Shown here one piece after another: positions 52,912-63,604 of a stretch of 64,000 nucleotides of DNA. How positions within the stretch are numbered: position 1 is the first letter of the stretch; each line of letters starts with the position of its first letter. The stretch spans positions 37,798-101,797 of the forward strand of contig CAZBIC010000018.1 of assembly GCA_964491875.1 (NCBI GenBank), read 5' to 3'. Source of the stretch: an uncultured Bifidobacterium sp. (GTDB taxonomy: Bacteria; Verrucomicrobiota; Verrucomicrobiia; Limisphaerales; JADJPG01). The notes below the pieces were generated by a model. It was not told where the DNA came from and searched no databases. It was given only the letters and a program-made list of their open reading frames with translations. Made by a program: the position numbers and the translations under genes.

Positions 52912-54336
52912 ATGCCGCAACAATTCCGACTCATTCTCAAGAACGTCGATGCCGCTGGTTACACCAACGACATCGACTGCTACATCCGCAACGGTGGCTA
53001 CGAAACGCTGAAGAAAGCGCTCGCTATCGCGCCGAAGGATTTGCCTGACGGCAAGAAGGTGTCGCCGCAGGAACAGCTCCGCGAGGACGTGAAGCTCTCC
53101 GGTTTGCGCGGACGCGGCGGCGCGGGTTTCTCGTGCGGACTCAAGTGGAGCTTCGTGGATCGCCGCAGCGGCAAGCCGATTTATCTCATCTGCAACGCGG
53201 ACGAATCCGAGCCGGGCACGTTCAAGGACCGCCAGATCATTCACAAGGATCCGCACCAGCTCATCGAGGGCATGATCATCTCCTGCTTCGCGAACGACGT
53301 GAAGCTGGCCTACATCTACATCCGCGGTGAATTCCCCGAAGGCGCACGCATCCTGAATCGTGCCCTGACCGAAGCGCGGGCGAAGAACTTCCTCGGGAAG
53401 AACATTCTCGGCAGCGGCCAGGACATCGAGATTCACGTCCATCGTGGCGCGGGTGCTTACATCTGCGGTGAAGAGACGGGCCTCATCGAATCGCTCGAAG
53501 GCAAGCGTCCGTATCCGCGCATCAAGCCGCCGTATTTCCCGGCGATTCTCGGACTCTGGATGTGCCCGACCATCGTCAACAACGTCGAGACGCTCTGCCA
53601 TGTGAAGCACATCGTGCAGATGGGCGCGGCGGAATACGCCAAGCTCGGCACGCCGAACAACACCGGCACGCGCATCGTGAGCCTGAGCGGTCACGTCAAG
53701 AAGCCCGGCTATTACGAAATCGAAGTCGGCAAGGTGACGCTCGGCGAGTTAATCAATCACCCTGACTTCGGTGGTGGTTTGCTGGATGGACGAAAGCTCA
53801 AGGCGATCATTCCCGGCGGTTCCTCATCGAAGGTGCTCAAGGCTGGCGAGAAGTTTAAGCTCAAGAAGAAGGGGCCGGACGGGAAGGACATCGAGCAGGA
53901 AACCGACGTGCTCGATCTGCCCTACGACTTCGATTCACTGATGGCCGCCGGCACGATGTCCGGCTCCAGCGCGGTGATCGTCATTGATGACTCGGCGGAC
54001 ATCGTCGAAGTGCTCGCCAACATCAGCGAGTTCTACGCGCACGAGAGCTGTGGCCAGTGCACGCCGTGCCGCGAAGGTTCGCTCTGGATGAGCAAGGCTC
54101 TCCATCGCCTCACGCACGGCGGCGGCCGCAAGGGCGACGCGGATTATCTCGTGAAGATTGCGGACAACATTCCCGGCGGCCGCACGATCTGCGCGTTTGG
54201 CGAAGCGTGTTCGTGGCCGGTGCAAAGTTTCGTCGGCAAGTTCAAGGACGACTTCGTGGCGAGAGGTGCCGCGGACGAAGCGAAGCGCGGTTCCGCCTCG
54301 CCTGAAACCAAAACGGCCGCTGCTGCCGCCCATTGA
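52912..54336 (+). CDS. nuoF: NADH-quinone oxidoreductase subunit F
   Basis: GLRGRGGAGF, the FMN/NADH motif YICGEETGLIESLEG, and the 4Fe-4S motif ESCGQCTPCREG. Confidence 0.95.
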   Translation: MPQQFRLILKNVDAAGYTNDIDCYIRNGGYETLKKALAIAPKDLPDGKKVSPQEQLREDVKLSGLRGRGGAGFSCGLKWSFVDRRSGKPIYLICNADESEPGTFKDRQIIHKDPHQLIEGMIISCFANDVKLAYIYIRGEFPEGARILNRALTEARAKNFLGKNILGSGQDIEIHVHRGAGAYICGEETGLIESLEGKRPYPRIKPPYFPAILGLWMCPTIVNNVETLCHVKHIVQMGAAEYAKLGTPNNTGTRIVSLSGHVKKPGYYEIEVGKVTLGELINHPDFGGGLLDGRKLKAIIPGGSSSKVLKAGEKFKLKKKGPDGKDIEQETDVLDLPYDFDSLMAAGTMSGSSAVIVIDDSADIVEVLANISEFYAHESCGQCTPCREGSLWMSKALHRLTHGGGRKGDADYLVKIADNIPGGRTICAFGEACSWPVQSFVGKFKDDFVARGAADEAKRGSASPETKTAAAAAH

Positions 54337-54344
54337 TTTCCAGT

Positions 54345-56060
54345 ATGTCGAACGCTGCGTCAACTGAAGCCAAGCCCGCCGCACCGGCCGCACCGGCCAC
54401 ACCGCCACCGATCGAGAAGATCAAGGTCAAGGTGGACGGTCGCGAGATCGAGGTGCCGAAGACCATGCCGGACCCGATGACCGGCAAGCAGGTGCCGACC
54501 ACGATGATTCAGGCCACCAACCTCGCGAAGGTGGACGTGCCGCATTATTGCTATCATCCGAAGCTCCCGGTCGCCGGTAACTGCCGCATGTGCCTCGTCG
54601 AGTTCGGCACGCCTGCGATGGGACCGGATCGCAAGCCGGTGATGAACCCGGACGGCACGCCGAAGATTGCGAAGTCGCCGCGTCCCGCCATCGCTTGCGC
54701 CACGCCGATCTCGCCGGGCATGGAGATTTACACCGCAACGCCAGGCGTGAAGCAGATGCGCGAAGGTGTTCTCGAATCGCTGCTCATCAATCATCCGCTC
54801 GACTGCCCGATCTGCGATCAAGCGGGCGAGTGCAAGCTCCAGGAATACTCCGTCGAATACGGCCAGGCGCAGAGCCGTTTCGTCGAGGCGAAGGTTCACA
54901 AGCCGAAGACCGTGGATCTCGGGCCGCGCATCGTGCTCGACGCCGAACGCTGCATTCTTTGCACGCGCTGCATCCGCTTCACGAAAGACGTCGCGGGCGA
55001 CGACGCGCTCGGCATCGTGAATCGCGGCAGCTACAACACGATCTCGACCTTCCCCGGCACGCCGTTCGCGAACAACTACACGCTGAACACCGTGGATATC
55101 TGTCCGGTCGGCGCGCTGACCTCGAAGGATTTCCGCTTCCGCATGCGCGTGTGGTTCCTGAAGGAAACCAAGAGCGTCTGCACGAGCTGCGGCACGGGCT
55201 GCAGCATCACGGTCGGCTCGCGTGAGGAGAAGATTTACCGCTACGAACCGCGAGAGAACGACGCGGTGAACTCGTCGTGGATGTGCGATGCCGGACGTCT
55301 GAACTACAAGTGGGTCGGCCGTGAGGATCGTCTGAAGGACGTGCTGGTGCGCGGACAGAAATCGACTTGGTCCAACGCGCTTGGCGAGATCAGCGAGAAG
55401 CTGCGCAAGGCGGCTCCCGGTTCCGTGGCCATCGTGGCTTCGGCGCGCCAGACGAACGAGGAGCTGTTCCTCCTGAAGAAGATCGCGACGAAGCTTAAGG
55501 CCGTGACGGATTCCGTTCCGCGCAACGGTGAAGGTGACAAGTTGCTCGTCAATGCGGACAAGAATCCGAACAGCAACGGCGCGATTCTCATCGGCATCGT
55601 CGATTGCCACGCGGAGATGGGCCGCAACCTCGCGAAGATCGCGGACGGTATCAAGTCCGGCGCGATCAAGACGCTCATCGTCTTCGGCGAAGACGTGACG
55701 AAGCACGGCATCAGCACCGAACTGCTCGGCAAGCTGGAGACGCTCGTCGTCAGCGATATTCTTCCGAACAAGACGACGACGGCGGCGCATTACCTGTTGC
55801 CTGGCTGCGCGCATGCGGAGAAGCGCGGCAGCTTCACGAACGTGAAAGGCCGCGTGCAGCGCTTCATGAAAGCGGTCGAGCCGAAGGGCGACGCGCGGGC
55901 CGAGTGGGAGTTCCTGCATGAGCTGGTTTACAACGTCACCGGCCAGAACGGCTTCGTGAACATCGAAGGCTTGTTCAACCAGATGGCCGCTGAGGTGCCG
56001 GCCTTCAACGGAGTGACGTGGGCGTCGCTCGGCGACACGGGTGTGTCCATTCAACTTTAA
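54345..56060 (+). CDS. nuoG: NADH-quinone oxidoreductase subunit G (short, about 570 aa form)
   Basis: CYHPKLPVAGNCRMCLVE, HPLDCPICDQAGECKLQ, CILCTRCIRF and CPVGAL. A TTG at 54333 is an alternative start. Confidence 0.9.
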   Translation: MSNAASTEAKPAAPAAPATPPPIEKIKVKVDGREIEVPKTMPDPMTGKQVPTTMIQATNLAKVDVPHYCYHPKLPVAGNCRMCLVEFGTPAMGPDRKPVMNPDGTPKIAKSPRPAIACATPISPGMEIYTATPGVKQMREGVLESLLINHPLDCPICDQAGECKLQEYSVEYGQAQSRFVEAKVHKPKTVDLGPRIVLDAERCILCTRCIRFTKDVAGDDALGIVNRGSYNTISTFPGTPFANNYTLNTVDICPVGALTSKDFRFRMRVWFLKETKSVCTSCGTGCSITVGSREEKIYRYEPRENDAVNSSWMCDAGRLNYKWVGREDRLKDVLVRGQKSTWSNALGEISEKLRKAAPGSVAIVASARQTNEELFLLKKIATKLKAVTDSVPRNGEGDKLLVNADKNPNSNGAILIGIVDCHAEMGRNLAKIADGIKSGAIKTLIVFGEDVTKHGISTELLGKLETLVVSDILPNKTTTAAHYLLPGCAHAEKRGSFTNVKGRVQRFMKAVEPKGDARAEWEFLHELVYNVTGQNGFVNIEGLFNQMAAEVPAFNGVTWASLGDTGVSIQL

Positions 56061-56066
56061 GCGCGC

Positions 56067-57125
56067 ATGAACTGGGAATTCCTCATCATCTCGCTCATCA
56101 AAGTCGTCTGCGTCTTCGGCGCGGTGCTGACGATGTTCGCCTACGCCGTCCTCGCCGAACGCAAAATCTCCGCATGGATTCAGGGACGCGTCGGCCCGAA
56201 CCGCACTGCGCCGCCGCTCGCCTTGAAGATTCCGTTCCTGGGCGCGCTGCTCCAGAGCTGGGGCATGTTCCAGCCGATGGCGGACGGCTTGAAGGCCTTC
56301 CTCAAGGAAGACTTCACGCCCAATTACGTGCGCAAGGCTTACTTCTGGCTAGCGCCTGCCATCTCCATGGTGCCGGCGTTTCTCGTGCTGGCCGTGGTTC
56401 CGTTCGGCTCGAAGCTCGGTAATGAACCGATGGTCATCGCGAATCTCGACGTCGGCATTCTCTACACGTTCGGCATCATCTCGCTCGGTGTCTATGGCAT
56501 CGTGCTGGCGGGCTACGCGAGCAACTCGAAGTATCCGTTCCTCGGCGGCATCCGCTCCAGCGCGCAGATGATCAGCTACGAAATCGCGATGGGCATGAGC
56601 GTCATTCCGCTCTTCCTCATCGTCGGCCAGTTGAATCTCAGCGAGGTCATCACCTGGCAGGCGAACAACGGCTGGCTGATTCTTTATTCGCCGATCTCGT
56701 TCGTGATTTTCCTAATCGCCGCCTTCGCCGAGACGAACCGTCTGCCGTTCGATTTGCCGGAATCTGAGACGGAGCTCGTCGGCGGGTATCACACCGAATA
56801 CAGCTCGATGAAATTCGCGCTCTTCTTCATGGGCGAATACGCCGCGATGATCGCCGCCTCGGCGATGATGGTGACGCTCTTCTTCGGCGGTTGGACGCTG
56901 CCCGGCCTCAGCACGCCGGCGAGCACCATTGCCGCCGGGCTGCTGCACATCGGGATCTTCGTGGCGAAGCTGCTCGCCTTCATGGTCCTGTTCATCTGGG
57001 TGCGCTGGATGTTGCCGCGCTTCCGCTACGACCAGCTCATGGACCTCGGCTGGCGTCGGTTCATCCCGCTGGCGCTGGCGAACATTTTGGTGACGGCTGT
57101 GGTGTTGTGGATGAAGGCGAACTAG
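56067..57125 (+). CDS. nuoH: NADH-quinone oxidoreductase subunit H
   Basis: AERKISAWIQGRVGPNR...AFAETNRLPFDLPESETELVGGYHTEYS. Confidence 0.95.
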   Translation: MNWEFLIISLIKVVCVFGAVLTMFAYAVLAERKISAWIQGRVGPNRTAPPLALKIPFLGALLQSWGMFQPMADGLKAFLKEDFTPNYVRKAYFWLAPAISMVPAFLVLAVVPFGSKLGNEPMVIANLDVGILYTFGIISLGVYGIVLAGYASNSKYPFLGGIRSSAQMISYEIAMGMSVIPLFLIVGQLNLSEVITWQANNGWLILYSPISFVIFLIAAFAETNRLPFDLPESETELVGGYHTEYSSMKFALFFMGEYAAMIAASAMMVTLFFGGWTLPGLSTPASTIAAGLLHIGIFVAKLLAFMVLFIWVRWMLPRFRYDQLMDLGWRRFIPLALANILVTAVVLWMKAN

Positions 57126-57134
57126 TCGAAGCAC

Positions 57135-57707
57135 ATGATCGTCAAACGCGAAAAACTGACATTCTGGGAACGGCTTTATCTGCCGGCGATTCTCGGCGGG
57201 TTCAAGATCACCGCGAGCCATCTCGTCGATACGCTGTTCCGGGGAAACAATGCTGCGAAGCAGACCTCGAAGGGTTACTACCCGGAAGTGCCGTGGACGG
57301 TCGGCCAGAACTATCGCGGCGCGCCTTATCTTGTGCGTGATCAGGAAGGCCACACCAAGTGCGTCTCCTGCCAGCTCTGCGAATTCGTCTGCCCGCCCAA
57401 GGCCATCAAAATTACGCCGCCGGGTCCCGACGGCAAGCCGGCCGACCGCGCGAATGCGGAGAAGCTGCCGCAGGAATTCGAGATCAACATGCTCCGGTGC
57501 ATCTTCTGCGGCTTCTGCCAGGAAGTGTGTCCCGAGGAAGCCATCTTTCTGCAGAAGGATTACTCGCTGTCCGGCCTCAGCCGGCAGGAGATGATTTACA
57601 ACAAAGAGAAACTGCTCTCGCTCGGCGGCACGCACGCCGGCATCCAGAAGTGGAAACACAAGCTGGAGGAGGCGAAGGAGCAGGAGAATTTTCCGGTGAA
57701 GGTCTGA
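57135..57707 (+). CDS. nuoI: NADH-quinone oxidoreductase subunit I
   Basis: It has two 4Fe-4S ferredoxin motifs: CVSCQLCEFVCP and CIFCGFCQEVCP. Confidence 0.95.
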   Translation: MIVKREKLTFWERLYLPAILGGFKITASHLVDTLFRGNNAAKQTSKGYYPEVPWTVGQNYRGAPYLVRDQEGHTKCVSCQLCEFVCPPKAIKITPPGPDGKPADRANAEKLPQEFEINMLRCIFCGFCQEVCPEEAIFLQKDYSLSGLSRQEMIYNKEKLLSLGGTHAGIQKWKHKLEEAKEQENFPVKV

Positions 57708-57714
57708 CCGACTC

Positions 57715-58221
57715 ATGGCAATCCAAGACATCTTTTTCTACCTCTTCGCCGCGCTGACGCTCCTCTGCGCCTTCCTCGTCGTGGCGAATCCGTTCACGCG
57801 CAACCCGGTCACCAGCGCGATGTTCCTCGTGCTCTCCATCATCTCGATGGCCGGCCTGTTCGTTTTGCTGCACGCGTTCTTCCTCGCGGCGGTGCAAATC
57901 CTCGTTTACGCGGGCGCGGTGATGGTGCTGTTCCTGTTCGTGATCATGCTCCTCGATTTGAAGGAGGAAGCCCGTCGCCACTACAAGACCTTCGGCGTAG
58001 TGACTGGCGTTGTCTCGGTCGGTGCGCTCCTGGCCATTGCGGTGCGTGCGATTACGACTTCAGGTCTCAGCGCCGGAGTCCAGCCGCAGGCTGAGGGCGC
58101 GACCAAGGCGCTCGGTAAGCTGCTCTTCACCCAGTATCTCCTGCCGTTTGAGATTGTTTCCGTCCTGCTCCTCGTGGCCATGGTCGGCGTGATTCTCCTG
58201 AGCAAAAAGGATATCAAGTAA
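57715..58221 (+). CDS. nuoJ: NADH-quinone oxidoreductase subunit J
   Basis: The product is hydrophobic (168 aa) with ...[19 protein letters not shown].. and is in the expected operon position. Confidence 0.9.
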   Translation: MAIQDIFFYLFAALTLLCAFLVVANPFTRNPVTSAMFLVLSIISMAGLFVLLHAFFLAAVQILVYAGAVMVLFLFVIMLLDLKEEARRHYKTFGVVTGVVSVGALLAIAVRAITTSGLSAGVQPQAEGATKALGKLLFTQYLLPFEIVSVLLLVAMVGVILLSKKDIK

Positions 58222-58535
58222 TGCACTTAACGCCTGTCGGACTCGAACATTACCTGATCGTCAGCGCGGCGCTCTTTTGCCTCGGCGTGCTCGGCGTCAT
58301 CATGCGGCGGAACCTGATCGTGATGTACATGTCGCTCGAGCTGATGCTCAACGCGGCCAACCTCGCGCTCGTCGCCTTCTCGCGGTTCAACAACAACCTC
58401 AACGGCCAGGTCATGGTCTTCTTCATCATCACGGTGGCCGCGGCGGAAGTCGCGGTGGGCCTCGCGCTCATCGTCGCGCTCTTCCGCAAGCGCCAAACCG
58501 CCCACGTCGAAGACCTCACCTCGATGAAACTCTGA
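58221..58535 (+). CDS. nuoK: NADH-quinone oxidoreductase subunit K
   Basis: The product is 104 aa with [14 protein letters not shown]...[13 protein letters not shown]. Confidence 0.95.
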   Translation: MHLTPVGLEHYLIVSAALFCLGVLGVIMRRNLIVMYMSLELMLNAANLALVAFSRFNNNLNGQVMVFFIITVAAAEVAVGLALIVALFRKRQTAHVEDLTSMKL

Positions 58536-58544
58536 TTTCCGCGC

Positions 58545-60476
58545 ATGTTCGACAATCTCAAACCTGAAGACCTGGCCTGGCTGATTCTGCTGCTGCCACT
58601 GCTCTCGGCGGCGGTCATCGGTCTGTTCACGCATCGCAGTCACCGGCTGAGCGCGCAGATTTCCATCACCGCCGTCGTGCTGTCATTCCTGGTGAGCTGC
58701 GGCATGTTCGCGATGTTCAAGAGCTCGCCGCTCGTTCTGCCGTCTCCGTTGACCTGGCTGAATATCGGCGACCTCAAGGTGGAGATTGGGTTGCGCCTCG
58801 ATCCGCTCAGCCTGCTGATGCTCCTCGTTGTGACCGGTGTCGGCACGATGATTCACATCTATTCCTACGGCTACATGAAGGAAGACCGCTGCATGGGCCG
58901 TTACTTCGGCAGCCTCAGCCTCTTCATGTTCTCGATGCTCGGCATCGTGCTTTCGAACAACCTGGTGATGACCTTCATCTTCTGGGAGCTCGTCGGTGTC
59001 TCCAGCTATCTGCTGATCGGTTTCTGGTACGAGAAACCGTCCGCCGCCGACGCGTGCAAGAAGGCGTTCATCACGAACCGTCTCGGCGACTTCGGGTTCA
59101 TTCTCGGAATCATCCTCGTCTGGGCCACGCTCGGCTCCGTCAGCTTCGACGAACTCCAGCAACGTTTGCTCAAGGCTCCCGAAGCCTGGGGCGGCGTCGC
59201 CGCGATTGCTGGCCTGCTGATCTTCTGCGGTGCGATGGGCAAGAGCGCGCAATTCCCGCTGCACGTCTGGCTCCCGGACGCGATGGAAGGCCCGACACCC
59301 GTCAGCGCGCTCATCCACGCCGCGACGATGGTGGCCGCCGGCGTTTACATGCTCTGCCGCGTGTTCTTCCTCTTCGGCGCGCACACCGTCTGGCCGGAGT
59401 TCCTCGGCTTCCTCAACGGCTGGTCCGCACTCGACCTCATCGCGTGGATCGGCGGCTTCACTGCGCTCATCGCCGCGTTGATGGCCGTTCAGCAGAACGA
59501 CATCAAGCGCATCCTCGCCTACTCCACGCTCTCCCAGCTCGGCTACATGGTGATGGCCGTCGGCCTCACCGGCCCGGTGGCGTCGATGTATCACCTCACG
59601 ACGCACGCGTTCTTCAAGGCACTGCTGTTCCTAGGTGCCGGCTCGGTCATTTACGCCTGCCATCACGAGCAGGACATCTGGCACATGGGCGGCCTGAAGA
59701 AGAAGATGCCGGTGACCTTCTGGACATTCCTCCTCGGAACGCTCGCGCTCTGCGGCGTGCCGCCGTTGAGCGGCTTCTACTCGAAGGATTCCATACTTGC
59801 GGCCGCAGCTGACCCGATTCACGGAAACGTCTTCTTGTTCATCCTCGCGTCATTGGTCGCATTAATGACTACGTTCTACATGTCGCGTCTGGTGTTGGTG
59901 ACGTTCTTCGGTGGAACTCGCTCCGACCATGCCGATCACGCTCACGAATCGCCGAAGGTGATGGCCTGGCCACTCATCCTCCTGGCTGTGCCGACCGTTC
60001 TCGCCGGTTTCTGGGGTATCGACGCATTATTCGCCCATCAGTTGACGCCGGAGGTACATCTCCACCACGGTAACTTCCTCGAAACGCTCTTCGCTCCCTT
60101 TGGCCACGCACCGCTTCCTGCGTTCGTTGGTCTCGGCGCAACCGTCTTCGGCTTCTCCTTCGCCTACAGCCTCTACGCGAACGCGGAGAAAGATCCGCTC
60201 CCGGAGAAGCTCGGTCTGCTCTCCCGCGCGATGCGTGATCGCTTCTACTTCGACGAGATTTACTCAGGCCTCATCACCATCACCCACGAAGCGGTTTCGC
60301 GACTGGCTGACTGGTTTGACCGCTGGATCATCGCCGGTCTTGGCGTTCGTGGCCTGCATGGTTCCACGGAAATCTTCGGCCGCGCCCTGCGCCTCGTGCA
60401 GACCGGCAACCTCCAGACCTACGCCTTTTTGTTCGTAGCGGGAGTGGTCCTCGTTCTCCTCTTCGCCCTGAAATGA
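58545..60476 (+). CDS. nuoL: NADH-quinone oxidoreductase subunit L
   Basis: FWELVGVSSYLLIGFW...GKSAQFPLHVWLPDAMEGPTPVSALIHAATMV. Confidence 0.95.
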   Translation: MFDNLKPEDLAWLILLLPLLSAAVIGLFTHRSHRLSAQISITAVVLSFLVSCGMFAMFKSSPLVLPSPLTWLNIGDLKVEIGLRLDPLSLLMLLVVTGVGTMIHIYSYGYMKEDRCMGRYFGSLSLFMFSMLGIVLSNNLVMTFIFWELVGVSSYLLIGFWYEKPSAADACKKAFITNRLGDFGFILGIILVWATLGSVSFDELQQRLLKAPEAWGGVAAIAGLLIFCGAMGKSAQFPLHVWLPDAMEGPTPVSALIHAATMVAAGVYMLCRVFFLFGAHTVWPEFLGFLNGWSALDLIAWIGGFTALIAALMAVQQNDIKRILAYSTLSQLGYMVMAVGLTGPVASMYHLTTHAFFKALLFLGAGSVIYACHHEQDIWHMGGLKKKMPVTFWTFLLGTLALCGVPPLSGFYSKDSILAAAADPIHGNVFLFILASLVALMTTFYMSRLVLVTFFGGTRSDHADHAHESPKVMAWPLILLAVPTVLAGFWGIDALFAHQLTPEVHLHHGNFLETLFAPFGHAPLPAFVGLGATVFGFSFAYSLYANAEKDPLPEKLGLLSRAMRDRFYFDEIYSGLITITHEAVSRLADWFDRWIIAGLGVRGLHGSTEIFGRALRLVQTGNLQTYAFLFVAGVVLVLLFALK

Positions 60477-60483
60477 TCCTCGC

Positions 60484-62022
60484 ATGCTGACCTCGATCAT
60501 CCTCCTCCCCTTTCTCGCCGCGCTGGTGATTCTCTTCACGCCGCGCAGCTATCGCGTCGTGTTCCGCGGCGTGGCGTTGCTGGCGACGCTTGGCTCGCTG
60601 CTGGTCGCAACGAAGATGTTCCTCGGCTACGAAGCGGCTGAAGCGGGCGTGGGTGGCTACAAGTTCATCGAGAAGGCCGCGTGGGTTCCGTCGCTCGGGA
60701 TCAACTACTTCGTCGGTGTCGATGGCATCAATGTCGGGCTCATCTTCATGGGCGCCATCGTCGCGTTCGCCGCGGCATGCGTGTCGTGGGAAATCAAAAC
60801 CAACGAGAAGCTCTATTACCTGCTGCTCATGGTCATGACCGGCGGCATCCTCGGGGCGTTTGCCTCGCTCGACCTGTTCTTCTTCTACGCGTTCCATGAG
60901 TTCGCGCTCATCCCGACCTTCATCATGATCGGCCTGTGGGGCCGCGGCGAAAACAAGAACTACGCGACCTACAACATCACGCTCTACCTCAGCGCCGGCG
61001 CGCTCATCGCGCTGGTCGGCTTGATTGGACTTTATCTCCAGGTGCCGGCGGCGCAGCGCACCTTCGACATCGTCGCGCTCACCGACTACTTCCGCGCTAA
61101 CCCGATGCCCGCGAGCGCGCAGCACTTCATCTTCCCGCTGCTCATGTTCGGCTTCGGCATCCTCGTTTCGCTCTGGCCGTTTCACACCTGGGCGCCGCTC
61201 GGCTACGGCGCGGCTCCGACCGCCACCGCCATGCTCCACGCGGGCGTGCTGAAGAAGTTCGGTCTCTACGGCCTCATCCGCATCGCACTTCCGCTGATGC
61301 CCGACGGCGCAAAGGACTGGCTGAACATTCTCGCGTTGCTCTGCCTCGGAAACATTCTTTATTGCGGCTGGGTCGCCATGCGCCAGCGCGACTTAAACCA
61401 GCTCATCGGCAACTCGTCCGTGGCGCACATGGGCTTCGTCTTCCTTGGCATCGCGAGCCTGAACCTCATCGGCGTGACCGGCGCGGTGGTGGTGATGATC
61501 GCGCACGGATTGCTCGCCGCGCTGACCTTTGCGCTCAGCGGCTACATCCGGACGCAGACGAACACGCTGAACATGGACGAGATGGGCGGACTGCTCCGCA
61601 AGCTCCCGTTCATTGGCGCGGCGCTCGTCATGGCGATGATGGCTGGCTGCGGCCTGCCGGGCTTCGCGAACTTCGTCGGCGAACTCAGCGTGATGTTCGG
61701 TGCGTGGAAAGCATCCTTCGGCCACGCGAAATGGTTCGTCGTCGCGGCGGCGTGGGGTGGTCTGGTCATCGGCGCGATCTACATGCTGCGCGCGGTACGG
61801 AGCGTTCTGCACGGCGAGCTTTCCGACAAATGGAACTCCGTCGAGGACGCGGTGCTCTGGCGCAAGACGCCATTCGTGCTGCTGCTTGCGGCGCTGCTGG
61901 CGTTCGGATTCTGGCCGCGCCTGTTGACCGACAAGATCAAGCCCAGCGTCGAAGCCATCGTGAAGATGGCCACCGCCACCAAGACGCCGGAAGCCAAAGT
62001 ACAGACCGCGCAGGTTAAGTAA
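60484..62022 (+). CDS. nuoM: NADH-quinone oxidoreductase subunit M
   Basis: This is an antiporter-like subunit with WPFHTWAPLGYGAAPTATAMLHAGVLKK. Confidence 0.95.
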   Translation: MLTSIILLPFLAALVILFTPRSYRVVFRGVALLATLGSLLVATKMFLGYEAAEAGVGGYKFIEKAAWVPSLGINYFVGVDGINVGLIFMGAIVAFAAACVSWEIKTNEKLYYLLLMVMTGGILGAFASLDLFFFYAFHEFALIPTFIMIGLWGRGENKNYATYNITLYLSAGALIALVGLIGLYLQVPAAQRTFDIVALTDYFRANPMPASAQHFIFPLLMFGFGILVSLWPFHTWAPLGYGAAPTATAMLHAGVLKKFGLYGLIRIALPLMPDGAKDWLNILALLCLGNILYCGWVAMRQRDLNQLIGNSSVAHMGFVFLGIASLNLIGVTGAVVVMIAHGLLAALTFALSGYIRTQTNTLNMDEMGGLLRKLPFIGAALVMAMMAGCGLPGFANFVGELSVMFGAWKASFGHAKWFVVAAAWGGLVIGAIYMLRAVRSVLHGELSDKWNSVEDAVLWRKTPFVLLLAALLAFGFWPRLLTDKIKPSVEAIVKMATATKTPEAKVQTAQVK

Positions 62023-62047
62023 CCGGCATGATTGAATTTTCATCCTG

Positions 62048-63547
62048 ATGAACACCGCTCTGATTAGTCTGGAAATCGCCGTGCTGGTGCTCGCCTTGGG
62101 CGTGCTGCTGCTCGACCTCTGGCTGCCCGCTGAAAACAAGCGCAAGCTCGGCTACGTCGCCGCGCTCGGTGCGTTCGGAATCCTCGTCGCCAGCTTCATC
62201 TGGCTGCCGGTCAACGCGACTTTCAATCTCCCCCTGCAAGCTGCCGGACAAGCCCCCGTCAACGTCCCGGTGTATCTCACGCTCCCGACTCTCGGAGATA
62301 ACATCGTGCTCGATCTGCCTGCGCTCTTCTTCAAACGCTTCTTCCTGTTCGCCGCGGTCATCGTGCTGCTGATGTCCGCCGAGTTCGCGAGCCGCATTCA
62401 GACCGGCATCTCCGAGTTCTACAGCCTCACGCTCATCGCGCTGGCCGGAATGATGTTCGCCGCCTCCGCGAAAGACTTCGCGATGCTCTTTGTCTCGGTC
62501 GAACTCATCACGATCACCTTCTACATCCTCACGAGCTTTCAGCGGAACCGTGTCGCCTCCCTCGAAGCCGGCGTGAAGTATCTCATCCTCGGCGGCCTTG
62601 CGTCGGCGATGATGGTTTACGGAATCGCGCTGGTATACGGAACCTCGGGCACGATGAACTTCACCGAACTGAACGCCAAAGCGCTCGGGCTGGCGGACAA
62701 ACCGGTCTTCCTGCTCGGACTCCTCCTCGTCATCTGCGGACTCGCGTTCAAGATCGCGGCGTTCCCGCTCCAGATTTGGGCGCCGGACGTTTATCAAGGC
62801 TCACCCGCACCGGCGACCGCCTTCCTCGCAGTCGGTTCGAAGGCGGCGGGCCTCATTCTCCTCATGCGGGTCCTCTTCAGCGCGCTGCCGCTGGAGTTTG
62901 TCGTCCGTTGGAAGGGCCTGCTGATGGCGATGTCGGCCATCACAATTCTCTACGGCAGCCTGTGCGCGATTCCGCAGCGCAACCTCAAACGTCTGCTCGG
63001 CTACTCCAGCATCGCGAACGGTGGCTACCTGTTGCTCGGTCTCGCCGCGTTAAGCGAGTCCGGCAAGGTGGCGGTGCTTTACTACCTCAGCGGTTACCTG
63101 TTCACCGTGCTCGCGGCCTTTACGGTCATCGCCGTCGTGCTGCGTGCGACGGACATTGAAGACATCAGCGGTCTGGCCGGATTGAACCAACGCTCGCCGT
63201 TACTCGCTGGCGCGATGACTCTCGCGATGGTTTCCCTCGCCGGCATCCCGCCGCTCGCCGGGTTCTTTGGGAAGTTCCTCCTGCTGAAAGCTGCGATTGA
63301 CCAGGGCTCCACTTACTACTGGCTTATCGCCGTGGCGCTCGTGGGTGTGGTGATTTCGCTCTACTACTACTTCGGTGTCATCCGCGCGATCTACTGGTCG
63401 AAGGAACCGGCCGATGTTTCGCCGCTCTTCGTGTCGCTGCCGCTGAAGGTCTCCCTCGGCGCGTGCATCGCCGGCATGCTCTACCTCGGTATATACCCGG
63501 CTGCGGCGTTGAATCTGGTGACTGTGGTGGTCCGGGACTGGAAGTAG
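62048..63547 (+). CDS. nuoN: NADH-quinone oxidoreductase subunit N
   Basis: This is an antiporter-like subunit with FKIAAFPLQIWAPDVYQGSPAPATAFL. Confidence 0.95.
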   Translation: MNTALISLEIAVLVLALGVLLLDLWLPAENKRKLGYVAALGAFGILVASFIWLPVNATFNLPLQAAGQAPVNVPVYLTLPTLGDNIVLDLPALFFKRFFLFAAVIVLLMSAEFASRIQTGISEFYSLTLIALAGMMFAASAKDFAMLFVSVELITITFYILTSFQRNRVASLEAGVKYLILGGLASAMMVYGIALVYGTSGTMNFTELNAKALGLADKPVFLLGLLLVICGLAFKIAAFPLQIWAPDVYQGSPAPATAFLAVGSKAAGLILLMRVLFSALPLEFVVRWKGLLMAMSAITILYGSLCAIPQRNLKRLLGYSSIANGGYLLLGLAALSESGKVAVLYYLSGYLFTVLAAFTVIAVVLRATDIEDISGLAGLNQRSPLLAGAMTLAMVSLAGIPPLAGFFGKFLLLKAAIDQGSTYYWLIAVALVGVVISLYYYFGVIRAIYWSKEPADVSPLFVSLPLKVSLGACIAGMLYLGIYPAAALNLVTVVVRDWK

Positions 63548-63557
63548 CTCGCGGACT

Positions 63558-63584
63558 CGACGTTTCGCTTGTGGAGAAACGTCG
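63558..63584 (+). terminator. Stem-loop after nuoN (9-bp perfect stem, no U-tract)
   Basis: CGACGTTTC / GCTTGTGGA / GAAACGTCG begins 11 nt after the nuoN stop. Confidence 0.35.
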
Positions 63585-63604
63585 GGGGTGGTCAACGTAT
63601 CGCC